Source of the DNA: Eledone cirrhosa
Taxonomy: Eukaryota
Assembly (NCBI GenBank): GCA_964016885.1
Contig: CAXHJY010001204.1
Coordinates: 1 to 64,000, forward strand
Direction: 5' to 3'
DNA: 64,000 nt
Positions 47,660 through 59,849 of the stretch are shown here, piece by piece. The stretch's first letter is position 1; each line of letters opens with the position of its first letter. A model generated the notes under the pieces. The model saw nothing but the letters and a program-made list of their open reading frames with translations, made no database searches and was not told the origin of the DNA. The position numbers were made by a program, and so were the translations under genes.

Positions 47660-48180
47660 GTCAGATTGCCTCTCTGTCTGTGTGTCTGTCTACCTGTGTC
47701 TCTGTGTGTCAGTCTGTCTGTGTCTGCAGCCTGTCTGTCTGTGTCTGTCAGTTTGTTTGACTGTCTGACTGCCTGACTGTCTATATGTCTGATAGTTTGA
47801 TTGTCTGTCTCTGTGTCTAATAGTTTGATTGTCTGTCTCTGTGTCTAATAGTTTGATTGTCTGTCTGCGTGTCTGACCGCCTGTAAGCCTAACTGCTTGT
47901 CTGTCTGTGTGTCTACCTGCCTGTTTTCCCGCGTGTCTGATACTCTGATTGTCTGTGTGCGTCTGACTACCTGTCTGACCGTGTGTCTGCCTGACTGCCT
48001 GTCTGTCCGTCCGTGTGTGTGTCTGATAGTCTGATGGTCTGTCTGTGTGTGTCTGTGTGTCTGCCTGTCCGTCCGTGTGTCTGCCTGTCCGTCCGTGTGT
48101 CTGATAGTCTGATTGTCTATCTGTGTGCCTGACTGCCTGCAAGCCTATCTGCGCGTCTGTCTGTGTGTGTGTGTGTGTGT
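47660..48180. repeat. Degenerate (GTCT)n/(GT)n array
   Basis: Directly visible. Confidence 0.85.
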
Positions 48181-48449
48181 GTAGCTTGGAGAGATAAAGC
48201 CAGTTAGGTGTAAAATACGAAGTGTCATGCGTGAATACTAGCTTAAACTGACCGAATTGAATTAACGTTTAGTCCGACAGTCGCAGCTAACTTATCGTTT
48301 TGGTGGCGGGCGAATGGTGGGATTGTGTTGTTACTACAGTGGACACTGCATTTAATATTATATCTGTGTATGTATATTTGTGTTTGTGCATGTATATAGA
48401 TGTGGGTGAATAAACGTACGGACACACCCACACACACACACACACACAT

Positions 48450-48481
<32 letters not shown>

Positions 48482-48533
48482 ATATATAGTGATGAAACAT
48501 AAGTCAATTGCATGAACTCATAATCCTTTATTT

Positions 48534-48589
48534 ACTGCTATATATATTTCGATGAGAGCCATTGAATGACTATGACCTCATCAGGCAGT
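48534..48589 (-). ncRNA. Type I hammerhead ribozyme motif, complete core
   Basis: ACTGC-CTGATGA-GGTCATAGTCATTCAATGGCTCTCATC-GAAA-TATATA-TA-GCAGT. Stem I differs in sequence from H2 but is fully paired. Confidence 0.7.
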
Positions 48590-48647
48590 TAGTCAGTTCT
48601 TAGATATGCCAGCTCTGTGTGTATAGTGTTGATGGTATCAGAGCCTT

Positions 48648-48681
<34 letters not shown>

Positions 48682-49273
48682 GTGTGTATCTTAGTCATAT
48701 ACATATATAAATATAATATTCAGATCTAGCAATCTTGGTAGTCCATACAGAGAGACAATATTCAACATATATTACATATATATCTACCTATCTACTTATT
48801 TATCCTCCTCCTCTGACTGCCCCTTTGTCTATCTGTCTATCTGTGTGTCTGTCTATCTAAGACTATATATTTTTATCTACCAATCTATCTCCCTTACTAC
48901 CTGTCAGTTCCATAGGGTCTCACTGTCTAACTAACTGAGATAGACTGACACACAAGCAAATGGATGGGTAGGTAGATAGATGGATAGATAGACAGACAGA
49001 TACAAAGGTAGAAAAATGTCATAATTTTGAGGATATATACTTGATAAAGATTAAAGAAATTATCGAAAAAAATGATTGTAATTAATTTAAATAAACGTAA
49101 AATGAAATACGGTGATTGGCGAAATTAGACGAGGTGGAAGGTAAAACAAAATCGAATATTTAAGTATCTTTACTGAGAATGGTGTAAATCAAGGAATTAT
49201 TAAATTATATATAATTTATTGCTTTAAATCCCATCGTTTGTGAAATGTACTATGCCAGTATATATATATATAT

Positions 49274-49402
49274 AAATAAGATGAAAGGACAAACAGGGGA
49301 CATTCCCTTCATCAGTTGTCTGCTGGAGATCACGGGCGTCCATGATCGCCAGAAGACAACTAATGAAGGGATTGTCCCCCGTTTGTGCTTGCCTCTTATT
49401 TT
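49274..49402. repeat. Hairpin, ~50-60-bp arms
   Basis: ACAAACAGGGGACATTCCCTTCATCAGTTGTCT / AGACAACTAATGAAGGGATTGTCCCCCGTTTGT. Confidence 0.85.
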
Positions 49403-49469
49403 TAAATATACTTTATCAAGTAGCCACACAGCACCCCCGTCTCTTCAAAAAATTATATATATATATATA

Positions 49470-49735
49470 ACAAGTTGGTGTAGGACAGAACAAAGGAGAG
49501 ACACAAAAATAACTGAGGAGGTCACAGAATGTTTGACGAAAGGGATTTGATAATAAACAAATAAACAGCCACCCGGTTATTAGACTAAGCTACTGGGAGT
49601 TTATAATAAATTGAAGTGAAAACCAACAGGTGCATGTGTTTTTATTGACGGCATGACCCTATCAAATTATAACAATATTTGTTTCAACACACGTTTTCAG
49701 ATAAGAAACCTTGCAAAACAAATACAATACCGAAG
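49470..49735 (+). mobile_element. Penelope-like module H1 copy
   Basis: CTGAGGA-GGTCACAGAATGTTTGAC-GAAA. Homologous to 15560-15850. Confidence 0.6.
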
Positions 49736-49746
49736 TATAGATATAC

Positions 49747-49817
49747 ATGATGTACCACCAAAATGTATATACATTCCAATAACTTCTAATCAAAGTTTGT
49801 ATACATTTTTTGGGTGG
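49747..49817. mobile_element. Tc1/mariner-type MITE copy, diverged
   Basis: CCAAAATGTATATACA..TGTATACATTTTTTGGG. Confidence 0.45.
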
Positions 49818-49818
49818 G

Positions 49819-49849
<31 letters not shown>

Positions 49850-50405
49850 TGTGGTGTGTGGTGTGTGTGTGGTGTGTGTGTGGTGTGTGGTGTGTGGTGT
49901 GTGTGTGGTGTGTGTGGTGTGTGTGGTGTGTGTGGTGTGTGTCAATATCGGCAGGTAGTTTGTTGATTAACAGACTCGTGTCTGAGGAGTACTCAAAATA
50001 AGTCAAAAGCTCATCGTCGAAACCTACGTATGACCCATCATTATAGGTGAATACATTTCAATATGAATGTGATTAACATCCACTCTGAAGGGTGGAGTCT
50101 AAAGTTCAGATGGAATCAGCTCTCACCGCTATGTATCTACTCCCTCAACTCTTTCTGTCTCTCCCTCCACCCCTCTCTTTCTTTTTCTCTCTCCTGTTAT
50201 GTTGTAATTTAAAACTTGCTGTTAATCTTACTGAAGCAACTCATCTTACGTAATTTCTTGAGCATCTCCAAATACCTTTATCATCATTCCAAACAAATCT
50301 CACAAATCATCAAATGTAGTTATAACGTTGAACCGGTTCTTCTTCCTTCCCATTGAAAACACCCCACCCATTTTAACTGCAATTACTTGAGAACAAGTAT
50401 GTATT

Positions 50406-50452
<47 letters not shown>

Positions 50453-50652
50453 GGTGTGTGTGTCTGTCTGTATATATGTGTGGATATAGATAAATATAGA
50501 TATATTAGATATATAAATGATCTATTTTTAGAACCGTTGACGGAATGATGAATTTTTGAAAATGAAGTTAACGGCTTCATCAAGAGAGAGATTGTCCCAA
50601 TTACAGAAGGATCTCCTTGTTAAGCCTCCCCATTAAATTGTATGCTAAGTAC

Positions 50653-50806
50653 CTGGCAAAGAGATGCAGGGAGATGGTCGATTACAATCCAGCTGTGAAC
50701 AGTACGGTTTCTGCAGGTCTTCGAGTAATCCTGGGAACATTACCAAGAGGTATGTTTTTGATTTGTAGACTACAAAGAAGCATATGAACCCGTTCCATGG
50801 GCCCTG
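50653..50806 (-). CDS. Candidate host-gene exon (possible start MFPGLLEDLQKPYCSQLDCNRPSPCISLP, ATG at 50740)
   Basis: Non-repetitive. CCTAAT branch-like site + TCACCCTCCACAG acceptor, CAG|GTACTT donor, one fully open frame. No family recognised. Confidence 0.3.
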
Positions 50807-50851
50807 CTGTGGAGGGTGAATTAGGTGCAATAAATACAGGAGCTGGTGTAA

Positions 50852-51036
50852 TAATTATTTCTACTTTTGGCACGAGGCCAGTAATTACCCCAGTGCCTTA
50901 CTGGTACTTTATTTTATCGACCCCGTAAGGATGAAAGGCAAAGTTAACCTCGGCGGGATTTGGATTTGAACTCAGATCATAAAGGGCCGTAACTCTATGC
51001 TGAAAAGCATGGCGTCCGACCCTCTACCGATATTGC
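50852..51036 (-). mobile_element. SINE family A, full length
   Basis: Reverse complement of the consensus. Confidence 0.87.
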
Positions 51037-51070
51037 CGCGCCAGCTTCAGGATTCGGTCTCAGAAGGCGA

Positions 51071-51227
51071 AAAAGCCAAAATCACTATTTTCAATTCAGT
51101 ATTCGTGCCCAGCCTTACCTATGGTCATGAAACTTGGGCAATGACCGAAACAATACAATAACGAATATAAGCGACCGAAATGGAATTCCCCCGAAAGGTC
51201 TTTAGAGTAACGTTACTCAATAGAGTG
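51071..51227 (+). pseudogene. Decayed fragment of a second RTE-clade (Expander/Rex3-like) LINE ORF C-terminal region
   Basis: Manual translation KAKITIFNSVFVPSLTYGHETWAMTETIQ*RI*ATEMEFPRKVFRVTLLNRV. Confidence 0.75.
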
Positions 51228-51384
51228 CCTATCTCAGAAGAAGAGGAATATCTAATAAACAAAGAAATGCATACACGAAACAAAAGGTTATTTAAGTGAA
51301 TTAAAATGTAATCAAACCCCTTAAATAATTTCAACAAATTATCAAATAGAATAGAAATAAACATGAATAAAAAAATTTACTCAC

Positions 51385-51450
51385 CTTATTTTCGACATGC
51401 TCACATCTCGACTGACTCGAAAAACTAAGTCACAGCGGAAGTAGACGAAG
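51385..51450 (-). other. Candidate first/5' UTR exon of a host gene
   Basis: Consensus donor AAG|GTGAGT at 51385/51384 and an ETS-like CGGAAGT at ~51436. The 5' boundary is unknown. Confidence 0.25.
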
Positions 51451-51644
51451 GGCACTGAACTCTGCCCTCTTCCTTCTTTTACAAAAGAGTTCATCACCCA
51501 AACCTTTGATACGAAAATCAATCAAATGTACTAAAAATATAATCCATGGCATATATCTATATAATTATATATATATATTATATATAAGTAGGTAAGTAAC
51601 AGCCGTACTAAGAGTGAGAAATGAAATTTCGTTTCATTTTTTCC

Positions 51645-51678
<34 letters not shown>

Positions 51679-51682
<4 letters not shown>

Positions 51683-52345
51683 AACATTTTCGCTCTACAT
51701 GGCTGAATACAATAAATGTAATCTGAGTTTTTCGAATATTAAAAATAACATTCGATTCGTTTGCAATTATACAAACAAGCCTCAATTTTATAGCCATGTC
51801 AGTTCTGTTCGCATGCCAACACAAGGGCAAGAATGAAGGGTTCATTCTACTGACATGGCTATAAAATTGAGGCTTGTTTGTATAATTGCAAACGAATCGA
51901 ATGTTATTATTAATATTCGAAAAATTCAGATTACATTTATTGTATTAAGCCATGTAGAGCGAAATTTTTCTTTTTTTATTTGAATTTGGCAAAGCCGGCC
52001 AATTATCGCTCGTATACAGGAAACTGACTGGCCAGTCTGCTGATATGCAAATCTGGCTGATCAGTGGATCTGCTAATATGCAAATCAGGACAATCAGTCA
52101 CTGTGTATTTTTGAAAGTAGCATATATTTTCACTAGCTCTGAAAGTTTGGCAGGTGAACAGTACTGATGAAGGGTGATACCCAGAAACATTAGTGTCTGC
52201 AGTTCTGTTCGCATGCAAACACAAGAGCAAGAATGAAGTGTTCATTCTACTGACATGGCTATAAAATGGAGGCCTGTTTGTATAATTGCAAACGAACCGA
52301 ATGTTATTATTAATATTCGAAAAACTCAGATTACATTTATATATA
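51679..52345 (+). mobile_element. Retrozyme-like/Penelope-like non-autonomous element: inverted arm + 400-nt unit + repeat of unit start
   Basis: Inverted arms 51679-51802/51850-51973, direct repeat 51801-51940/52201-52340, hammerhead at the junction, (TA)n on both sides. Confidence 0.75.
52156..52205 (+). ncRNA. Type I hammerhead ribozyme, predicted cleavage after C52197
   Basis: GAACAGTA-CTGATGA-AGGGT GAT ACCCA-GAAA-CA TTAG TG-TC-TGCAGTTC. 7/8-bp stem I, 4-bp stem II, 3-bp stem III, GUC triplet. Confidence 0.8.
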
Positions 52346-52379
52346 TATAAGTACACACACACATTATATATATATACAG

Positions 52380-52572
52380 ACTCTCCATCCCAACTCCACT
52401 TTTGAAAAGCAGAAGGACTGCGAAACCGGTAAAGGAACCAAATAAATATATATATATTTTTAAAAATAAGACTCCAGTTGCATTTTCGATTTCATCTTTT
52501 TTTCTTTATACTTTCACTCGTGTAGGACACCTCGGTTATTTTCATTTTGTAAAAAAAACCTCACTTTCTAAT
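52380..52572 (+). mobile_element. Penelope-like module (family H4) with U3-A8 variant minimal hammerhead
   Basis: CTT-TTGAAAA-GCAG AAGGA CTGC-GAAA-CCGG-TA-AAG. Homologous to 57780-57965. Confidence 0.6.
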
Positions 52573-52602
52573 ATATATATATATATATACATATCTATCT
52601 AT

Positions 52603-52746
52603 CTAAGGCGGGTAAAATTCACGAGATCCATGGACGAGTTCTCTCCAGCGGTCTCTGTCCCTCATTATCGCTGCCATGTCCTTCGTCTCCAACAGACCAG
52701 TGTCTGTCCTTAGGGCATCAACATACGTTAACCTTAGTCTTCCTCT
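52603..52746 (-). mobile_element. Very short 3' end of the RTE-type LINE
   Basis: [45 protein letters not shown]-rich flanks. Confidence 0.92.
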
Positions 52747-52989
52747 ATATATATGTATATCGGTCATGAGAAGGGATTGAAACAGAGTGTCCATACCACG
52801 GTCCTAACAGTTGTGTCATCTCCACCCCACTCGGTAAACATGAAATACAAAGTAAGCCTTACTGGTGACCTGAAATTTTTCCTGGTTTTATGTATGTTAT
52901 AAAGCTCTTTCTTTTGAAACATATTTATCTAAAACCTTCCATCATGATTTTATGTAAGATCGTTGTAGAGTTATGTTTCAAACACCCGA

Positions 52990-53577
52990 TTAATAATGTT
53001 TTTTTATCCTGACACATGGTGAACAATTTTTGGGGGAGGGGTAACTCGATTAGGTTGACCACAGTTCGTTACTGGTACGGCAGAGCTAACCTCAGCAGGA
53101 TTTGAACTCAGAACATAGAGGAACGTTAGTAAATGTCACAAAGCATGTTGTCCGACGTTCTACTGATACAGCCACTCCTCCGCCCTGTGGATACCTGATT
53201 AATAATTGTTTCTACTTTTGGAACAAGGACAGCAATTACCCAGTACATTACTGGTACTTTTTATTTTATCGACCCCGTAAGGATGAAAGGCAAAGTGAAC
53301 CTCTGCGGGATTTAAACTCAGACCGTAAAGGGACGTAACTATGCTGGAAAGCATGGCGTCCGACTTCTTATTTAGACACACGGCCAGCAATTTTAGGGGA
53401 GGGGAAATTCGATTAAATCGGCACCAGTTCGTTACTGGTACTTTATTTTATCGACCCCGTAAGAATAAAAGACAAAGCTAAACTTGGCGGGATTTGAAAT
53501 CAGAACGTAAAGGGTCGAAAATCTATGCTGTTAAGCATGTGGTCCGGCTCTCTACGGACACTGCTAAATCAGCGCCA
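52990..53577 (-). mobile_element. Three head-to-tail SINE family A copies
   Basis: Repeated TTACTGGTAC..GGATTTRAAC cores. Confidence 0.8.
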
Positions 53578-53887
53578 TATGGATAACTTAAATTATTGAT
53601 TAAATTCTTGATTATTTTCAAAATAATTTGAACGTCATAAGCAATGTCTTTCATTACATTTATGGAAACGAAAAGGTTGCTCCGTCTTTGAACCCTATGA
53701 CACTACCGCCAGTACAGTACTGTAGCAATCATATTACAATCACTCCTGGCCAAGTGGACAGAGTAGTAGGAGATATCGACTGTAGAATCAATAGTTCAAT
53801 TCCTACCACGGACCCAAGCGGATGTAGCTTGTGTCAACACGCGCACACACACACACACACACACACTATATATATATATATATATGT

Positions 53888-54084
53888 AATAAAAACTCGG
53901 GAGCCGACGGTTGAGCTCTTGCCATTTCAACAGCTAATCCCAGTCTGAACCATTTGCAGAAATGATAAGATCTCAGCCGTCGGGCCCCAACTCTTTATAA
54001 TAAACCCATACACTAATGGCCCAACAAGTATCAAGTATTCTGTTGAGGAATGGCCTAACTAGTTTTACACTGGTTCTATCCTGA
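53888..54084. mobile_element. Diverged hairpin element family P, opposite orientation
   Basis: CCGACGGTTGAGCTCTT..AAGATCTCAGCCGTCGG hairpin followed by a degenerate reverse complement of the P leader. Confidence 0.5.
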
Positions 54085-54429
54085 TATATATATATATGCA
54101 AAAGGTAAACAGAAATAACAACACAATCGGTACAGTATATGGAAGCAATATATTAGGTTAACCTTTCGGACGCTAGTCTTTTATCAGAAGAAAAAACGAG
54201 AAATTAGAAAGATTGAAGGGACGGGCGAGTTTGATTAAAATAAGAGCAGCCAGGGATCGGTGAGGTTCCCTTAAAGTTTTATTGTTGCAAAAACAAGATA
54301 ATAATATTTAACTCCATTCCGCACCACTCACAGGAATCAACATCAACGACGGATGTGTTGCGTAACGTTGAGTCCTTTTCTAACTTTATATCATGATTAG
54401 ATCTATCCAGTCGCGACCCAATAAATTTA

Positions 54430-54434
54430 AATGA

Positions 54435-54493
<59 letters not shown>

Positions 54494-55113
54494 GCATGAC
54501 TGCTACATTCATAAATGTGTATGTATGTTACATACTCTTGAGAGTGAGAGTGTGAGATATATATACCCGCCCCCATATATATATATATATATATATACAC
54601 ATATGTGTGTAAATATATATATATATGTATATGTATATATATATAAACGAAAAAAAATGGAACGTGTACATACTTATATATAAATACATATTTATATATA
54701 CATATTTATATATTTATATATATGTATTCATGTGTGTGTGTGTATATATATATATGTATATATTTATGTATATATATGTATAAATATGTACATATTTATG
54801 TATGTATATATATACATATATATAAATATATGCACATATTTATGTATATATATGTAATATATATATATATATATATATATATGTACGTATATATATATAT
54901 ATGTACATATTAATGTATATATATATGTACATATGTATATATACATATTAATGTATATATATATGTACATATGTATATATATATATATACATATTAATGT
55001 ATATATATATATGTACATATGTATATATATATCTATGTACATATGTGTATATGTATATATATATATACATATATGTACATATGTGTATATATATATGTAT
55101 ATATATGTACATA

Positions 55114-55183
<70 letters not shown>

Positions 55184-55417
55184 TATGTGTATATATATAT
55201 ATATGTATATATATGTACATATGCGTGTGTGTATATATATATATATATATGTACATATGTGTATATATATATGTATATTTATATGTATATATATATGTAT
55301 ATATGTATAAATATATGTATATATATATGTACATATTTATGTATATATATATATATGTACATATTTATGTATATATGTATATATATATATATATATACGT
55401 GAATATGTACATATTTA

Positions 55418-55449
<32 letters not shown>

Positions 55450-55575
55450 CATATATGTGTATATATATATATACGTGAATATGTACATATTTATGTATGT
55501 ATATATATGTATATATATATATAATATATATATATATGTACATATATATGTGTATATATATATATATATATGTAC

Positions 55576-55607
<32 letters not shown>

Positions 55608-55801
55608 GTACATATATATATATATGTATATATATATATATGTATATGTACATATTTATGTATATATGTATAGATATAGATATAGATATAGATATATATA
55701 TATATATACGTGAATATTTACATATTTATGTATATATATATATATATAAATGTATCACATTTGCAACAACGCAGCACGCCAATTTTCATTCCTATACATA
55801 C

Positions 55802-55869
<68 letters not shown>

Positions 55870-55900
55870 TATATTATATATATATATACGTGAATATATG
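54430..55900. repeat. (TA)n array with GTACA/TGTA interruptions
   Basis: Directly visible. Confidence 0.93.
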
Positions 55901-56968
55901 ACAGAGTGATATATGTGTATATGCCTGTGTGTTTGAGCGTTAGACGCCCAGATTAACGACATAGAGCAAGCAGGACCTACCCATGATAATAAGTATTTAA
56001 ATGTCATATCTCGACGACAATACAGATTGTCAGTCAGTGTTAAACATGTTTATGCTTGCTAGTCTTTTTCTCCTCCCGCCATCCTCTGTAATCGACGACA
56101 TACACGTAAATGTCAAAACACAGCCCTGGCTATCACATCTACATCCGGTTGTTGTTTGGTGAGGCACACTTCATATATAACCGAACCAACTTAATGGTGG
56201 AGGATGCTTGTGGACAGATCTGATAGATAGAGTAGATTTATTTCTTTTGTAAATATTTGTTGTTGTTTTGCGTGGGTGTTATTTTCGTCTCTTTCTTCCT
56301 CTCTAAATTGGTTGTCGGGTAGGAAGAATCCCCCCAAAGGAAAGAAATTAAGAACTGAATGAAGGTTCGGATTGAATTATGTTATGTAGCGTATATACAT
56401 TCATAAGTAAACATAATGATGATAAAGGCAACGATACCGAATTTCATGTTCTTTATTAACTTTAAAAGACCGTTGTCGAACAGTTAGTTTAGCTTGTTTG
56501 AAGACTGTTCTATTACTCTCTTTGTCTCTCTCTCTATATATTTATATATATATATATTTATTTATTAAAATAACAGATTAAAGATCCCGTCTGAAAGATC
56601 CCGTCTGAAAGCAGCGATTCTTTGCTTAAATTTTAATAAATATTTGTTCTACGGTTCTTATATATTTGATATATATTCATCCTTATCGAGCCCTCTTTGG
56701 ATTTGTCTTCAAAGTTATTATTATTACTATATATATATATATATACACATATATATATATACATATATATATATATGCGTTTGTTGCTCTCAATATAGTT
56801 TTTAAAGAATTCCCTTTTCTTTAAATCCATCAACCAATGACCTCCACCCATCCCAATCACCACCCTCTCCTGTCACCAGAAAATGTATGAATACTATCAT
56901 ATTACTTGGACAATCGGCTTTCTGATGATTTCTCCCGAATGAAACAGTCCCGTAGAAGCCATTTCTAT

Positions 56969-57026
<58 letters not shown>

Positions 57027-57265
57027 ATGGCCTAAAGGCAATATATGGTTGTAATTTTTCTGAAATATTTATTTCTGCGTCTACAGACTGATTTTTCTTA
57101 GATTCAGATGATCTCGTTTAGGGTGTAAGCAGAAATTTTACTAGTTTTTAATCTCTACTAATAATTAATATTTGGTTTATATATACTTATATATACCCTT
57201 ATCAAACCCTCTTTCGATTTTGGTCTTTGTATATAATTTTTATTACTATTTATAATATATAAATG

Positions 57266-57320
<55 letters not shown>

Positions 57321-57464
57321 CAGAAATCTATATATATGTAGACAAAGGCATAACAGTGGTTACAAAGTTATCTTTGCAATCATATCATACTCTGCTCCGA
57401 TGGAGCATAGAGTGCTCAACCGGCATACCGCCTATGGACGCACCCAAACAACCATACTACAAAT

Positions 57465-57692
57465 ATATATGGAAAAAAGATTAAATCGAAAATGCAACTG
57501 GAGTCTTTTTTTTTTTTTCTATATTTATTTGGTTCCTTTACCGGTTTCGCAGTTCTTGTGCTTTTCAAAAGTAGAATTGAGATGGAGGGTTTGTGGTTTT
57601 TTTCTCACATCATATATATATATATATATATATATGTAGATAAATCTACCAAGAGTTTACGGTAGTGTCCAATCCGTATGATATATATATAT

Positions 57693-57769
<77 letters not shown>

Positions 57770-57964
57770 GTTTTTCACAAACTCTCCATCTCAATTGTAA
57801 TTTTGAAAAGCACAAGAACTGCGAAACCGGTAAAGGAACCAAGTAAATATATATATAAAAAAAAGACTCCAGTTGCATTTTCGATTTCATCTTTTTCCTT
57901 CTACTTTCCCTCGTGTAGGACACCTCGTTTTTTTTTTCATTTTGTAAAAAAACCTCACTTTCTA

Positions 57965-57965
<1 letters not shown>
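57465..57965. mobile_element. Family H4 module as inverted (57465-57596) plus forward (57776-57965) copies around (TA)n
   Basis: CCTTTACCGGTTTCGCAGTTCTTGTGCTTTTCAAAA / TTTTGAAAAGCACAAGAACTGCGAAACCGGTAAAGG. Confidence 0.8.
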
Positions 57966-58001
<36 letters not shown>

Positions 58002-58003
<2 letters not shown>

Positions 58004-58203
58004 ACAAAGGAATTGTGGTAAGGAACCAGATGGACCATAACGCACCAGAGTACTCAATAATTAGGGTAGTAGAGTGGGAAATAGGAAAAAGTATGACCCC
58101 GACGGCAGAGGTCAAGCCGTTTCGACTGCTATTTCTGGACTTGAGTCCAGAAATAGCCGTCGAAACGGCTTGAGCTCTGCCGTCGGGGTCATATTTTTCC
58201 TAT
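58002..58203. mobile_element. Short hairpin element family P, copy 3
   Basis: Same leader. Arms 58081-58141/58144-58203. (TA)n on both sides. Confidence 0.85.
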
Positions 58204-58265
58204 ATATATATATTTTTTTCCTATATATATATATATATATATATATTTAAAATATATACACACAC

Positions 58266-58343
58266 ACAGTGTCCTTCCAAAATGTATATACTTCAACAGA
58301 ATTCTAATAAATATGTGTATATATTCTATAGGTACACACTCTA
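58266..58343. mobile_element. Tc1/mariner-type MITE copy, diverged
   Basis: CAGTGTCCTTCCAAAATGTATATACTTCAACAG..GTGTATATATT..ACACTCT. Confidence 0.45.
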
Positions 58344-58726
58344 TACACAGACACACATATGTATGTGTGTGTGTGTGTATATATATACATACAAACGAAT
58401 ATGGATACATTCATACAAACATAGATACATACATAGGTTCGTTCACAGCAGACTTTATAACCATTAAGACGGAAGATGTCAATGCAATGGTGTGACTTAC
58501 TAAATATGTTAAAATATCAAAGGTAACAGAATATTTATGAAGATTAAGAGAAGAAGACTGACTGCTAATCAGGATGAAGGCTGCTTCTTGGCTTTGTAAT
58601 CTAATATAATCCTGACTATATAGTCTTGTTTGGAAAGTATTTTCACCTTCTTAAGAACAACGTGACATGAACTTTGTTGCAGTTAAACCGTATAACGCAC
58701 ACATATTCAGAAAGAGACGCACCCTC

Positions 58727-58769
<43 letters not shown>

Positions 58770-58770
58770 A

Positions 58771-58801
<31 letters not shown>

Positions 58802-58877
58802 AATTCATCTATCTATCCTTCTGCCTACCTATCTATTTAACAATATATATGAATAATTATATATATATATATCTGAA

Positions 58878-58919
<42 letters not shown>

Positions 58920-59664
58920 TAATTATATATATATATATATTTTTTTTTTTAATTTCAATTGAGTTCTTAACACGTTGGATTGATAATGTTTTCGAATAAA
59001 CTGATTAACCCGCGTGTATATTATTTTTTTCCCTCCTTTCGTGGATCGTAGTTGTCTCCCCTTCCCGCTTAGTGACGCTATAACACTTCCTCAGTCAAAA
59101 ACTGCTGGAATTTCAAATTTGCCGGTCATTCGATGCGGGAAGGAGCAACATAACGGACACGATTTTTAACCGTGGTAAGAAATGTTTTACTTATATCAAA
59201 GTTTAATGGGCTTCCACTGATGATTTATAAGCGCCCACCTAAATATATTCTTACATGAATGTATATTAGGCTTCTACATAAACTGGAAATTTTCTCCGAA
59301 TATGTAGAAAACTTATAATGAAACAATTGTTTGGAAAGAGAGATATATTTTAACTTTAATTATATCTCATAAAATAATACAACTGGCTTTTCCACATAAT
59401 ACATATTGTTAGCACCCCAAACACTTAAATTGGGTTTATATTAAAATATAACCTAATGTTTGTTGAGTGAGATGGTTACCAGTCAGAGATTAGCTTTATA
59501 CTATCTCTGTTATTGTATTAATTATATATATATATTTATATAACGACTACAATTCCTTTCAGAATGATTTCTTTCCTAAAGGAACGCAACAGGTTTAGGC
59601 ATGTCGGAGTCATTTCTATATGGAATAGATATATAAATGTTCAAATAATATATATATATATATA

Positions 59665-59849
59665 ATTCGTTTATCTGAAAACGTGTGTTGAAACGGATAA
59701 TATTATAATTTGGCATGACAAAAGAGAGAAACAAAATTAGTCACTGAGGAGGTCACAGAATGTGTGACGAAACCAACCGGAAACATAATAAATTGAAGTG
59801 AAAACAACAGGTGCTTGTTTTTATTGGCATCATGACCCACCCAAAGTAT

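Noticed and set aside
56581-56611. Short tandem duplication AAGATCCCGTCTGA x2
   Set aside because: Simple local slippage with no further structure.
59040-59180. Possible plus-strand exon ending GTG|GTAAGA
   Set aside because: Only a donor-like motif, with no recognisable coding signal.
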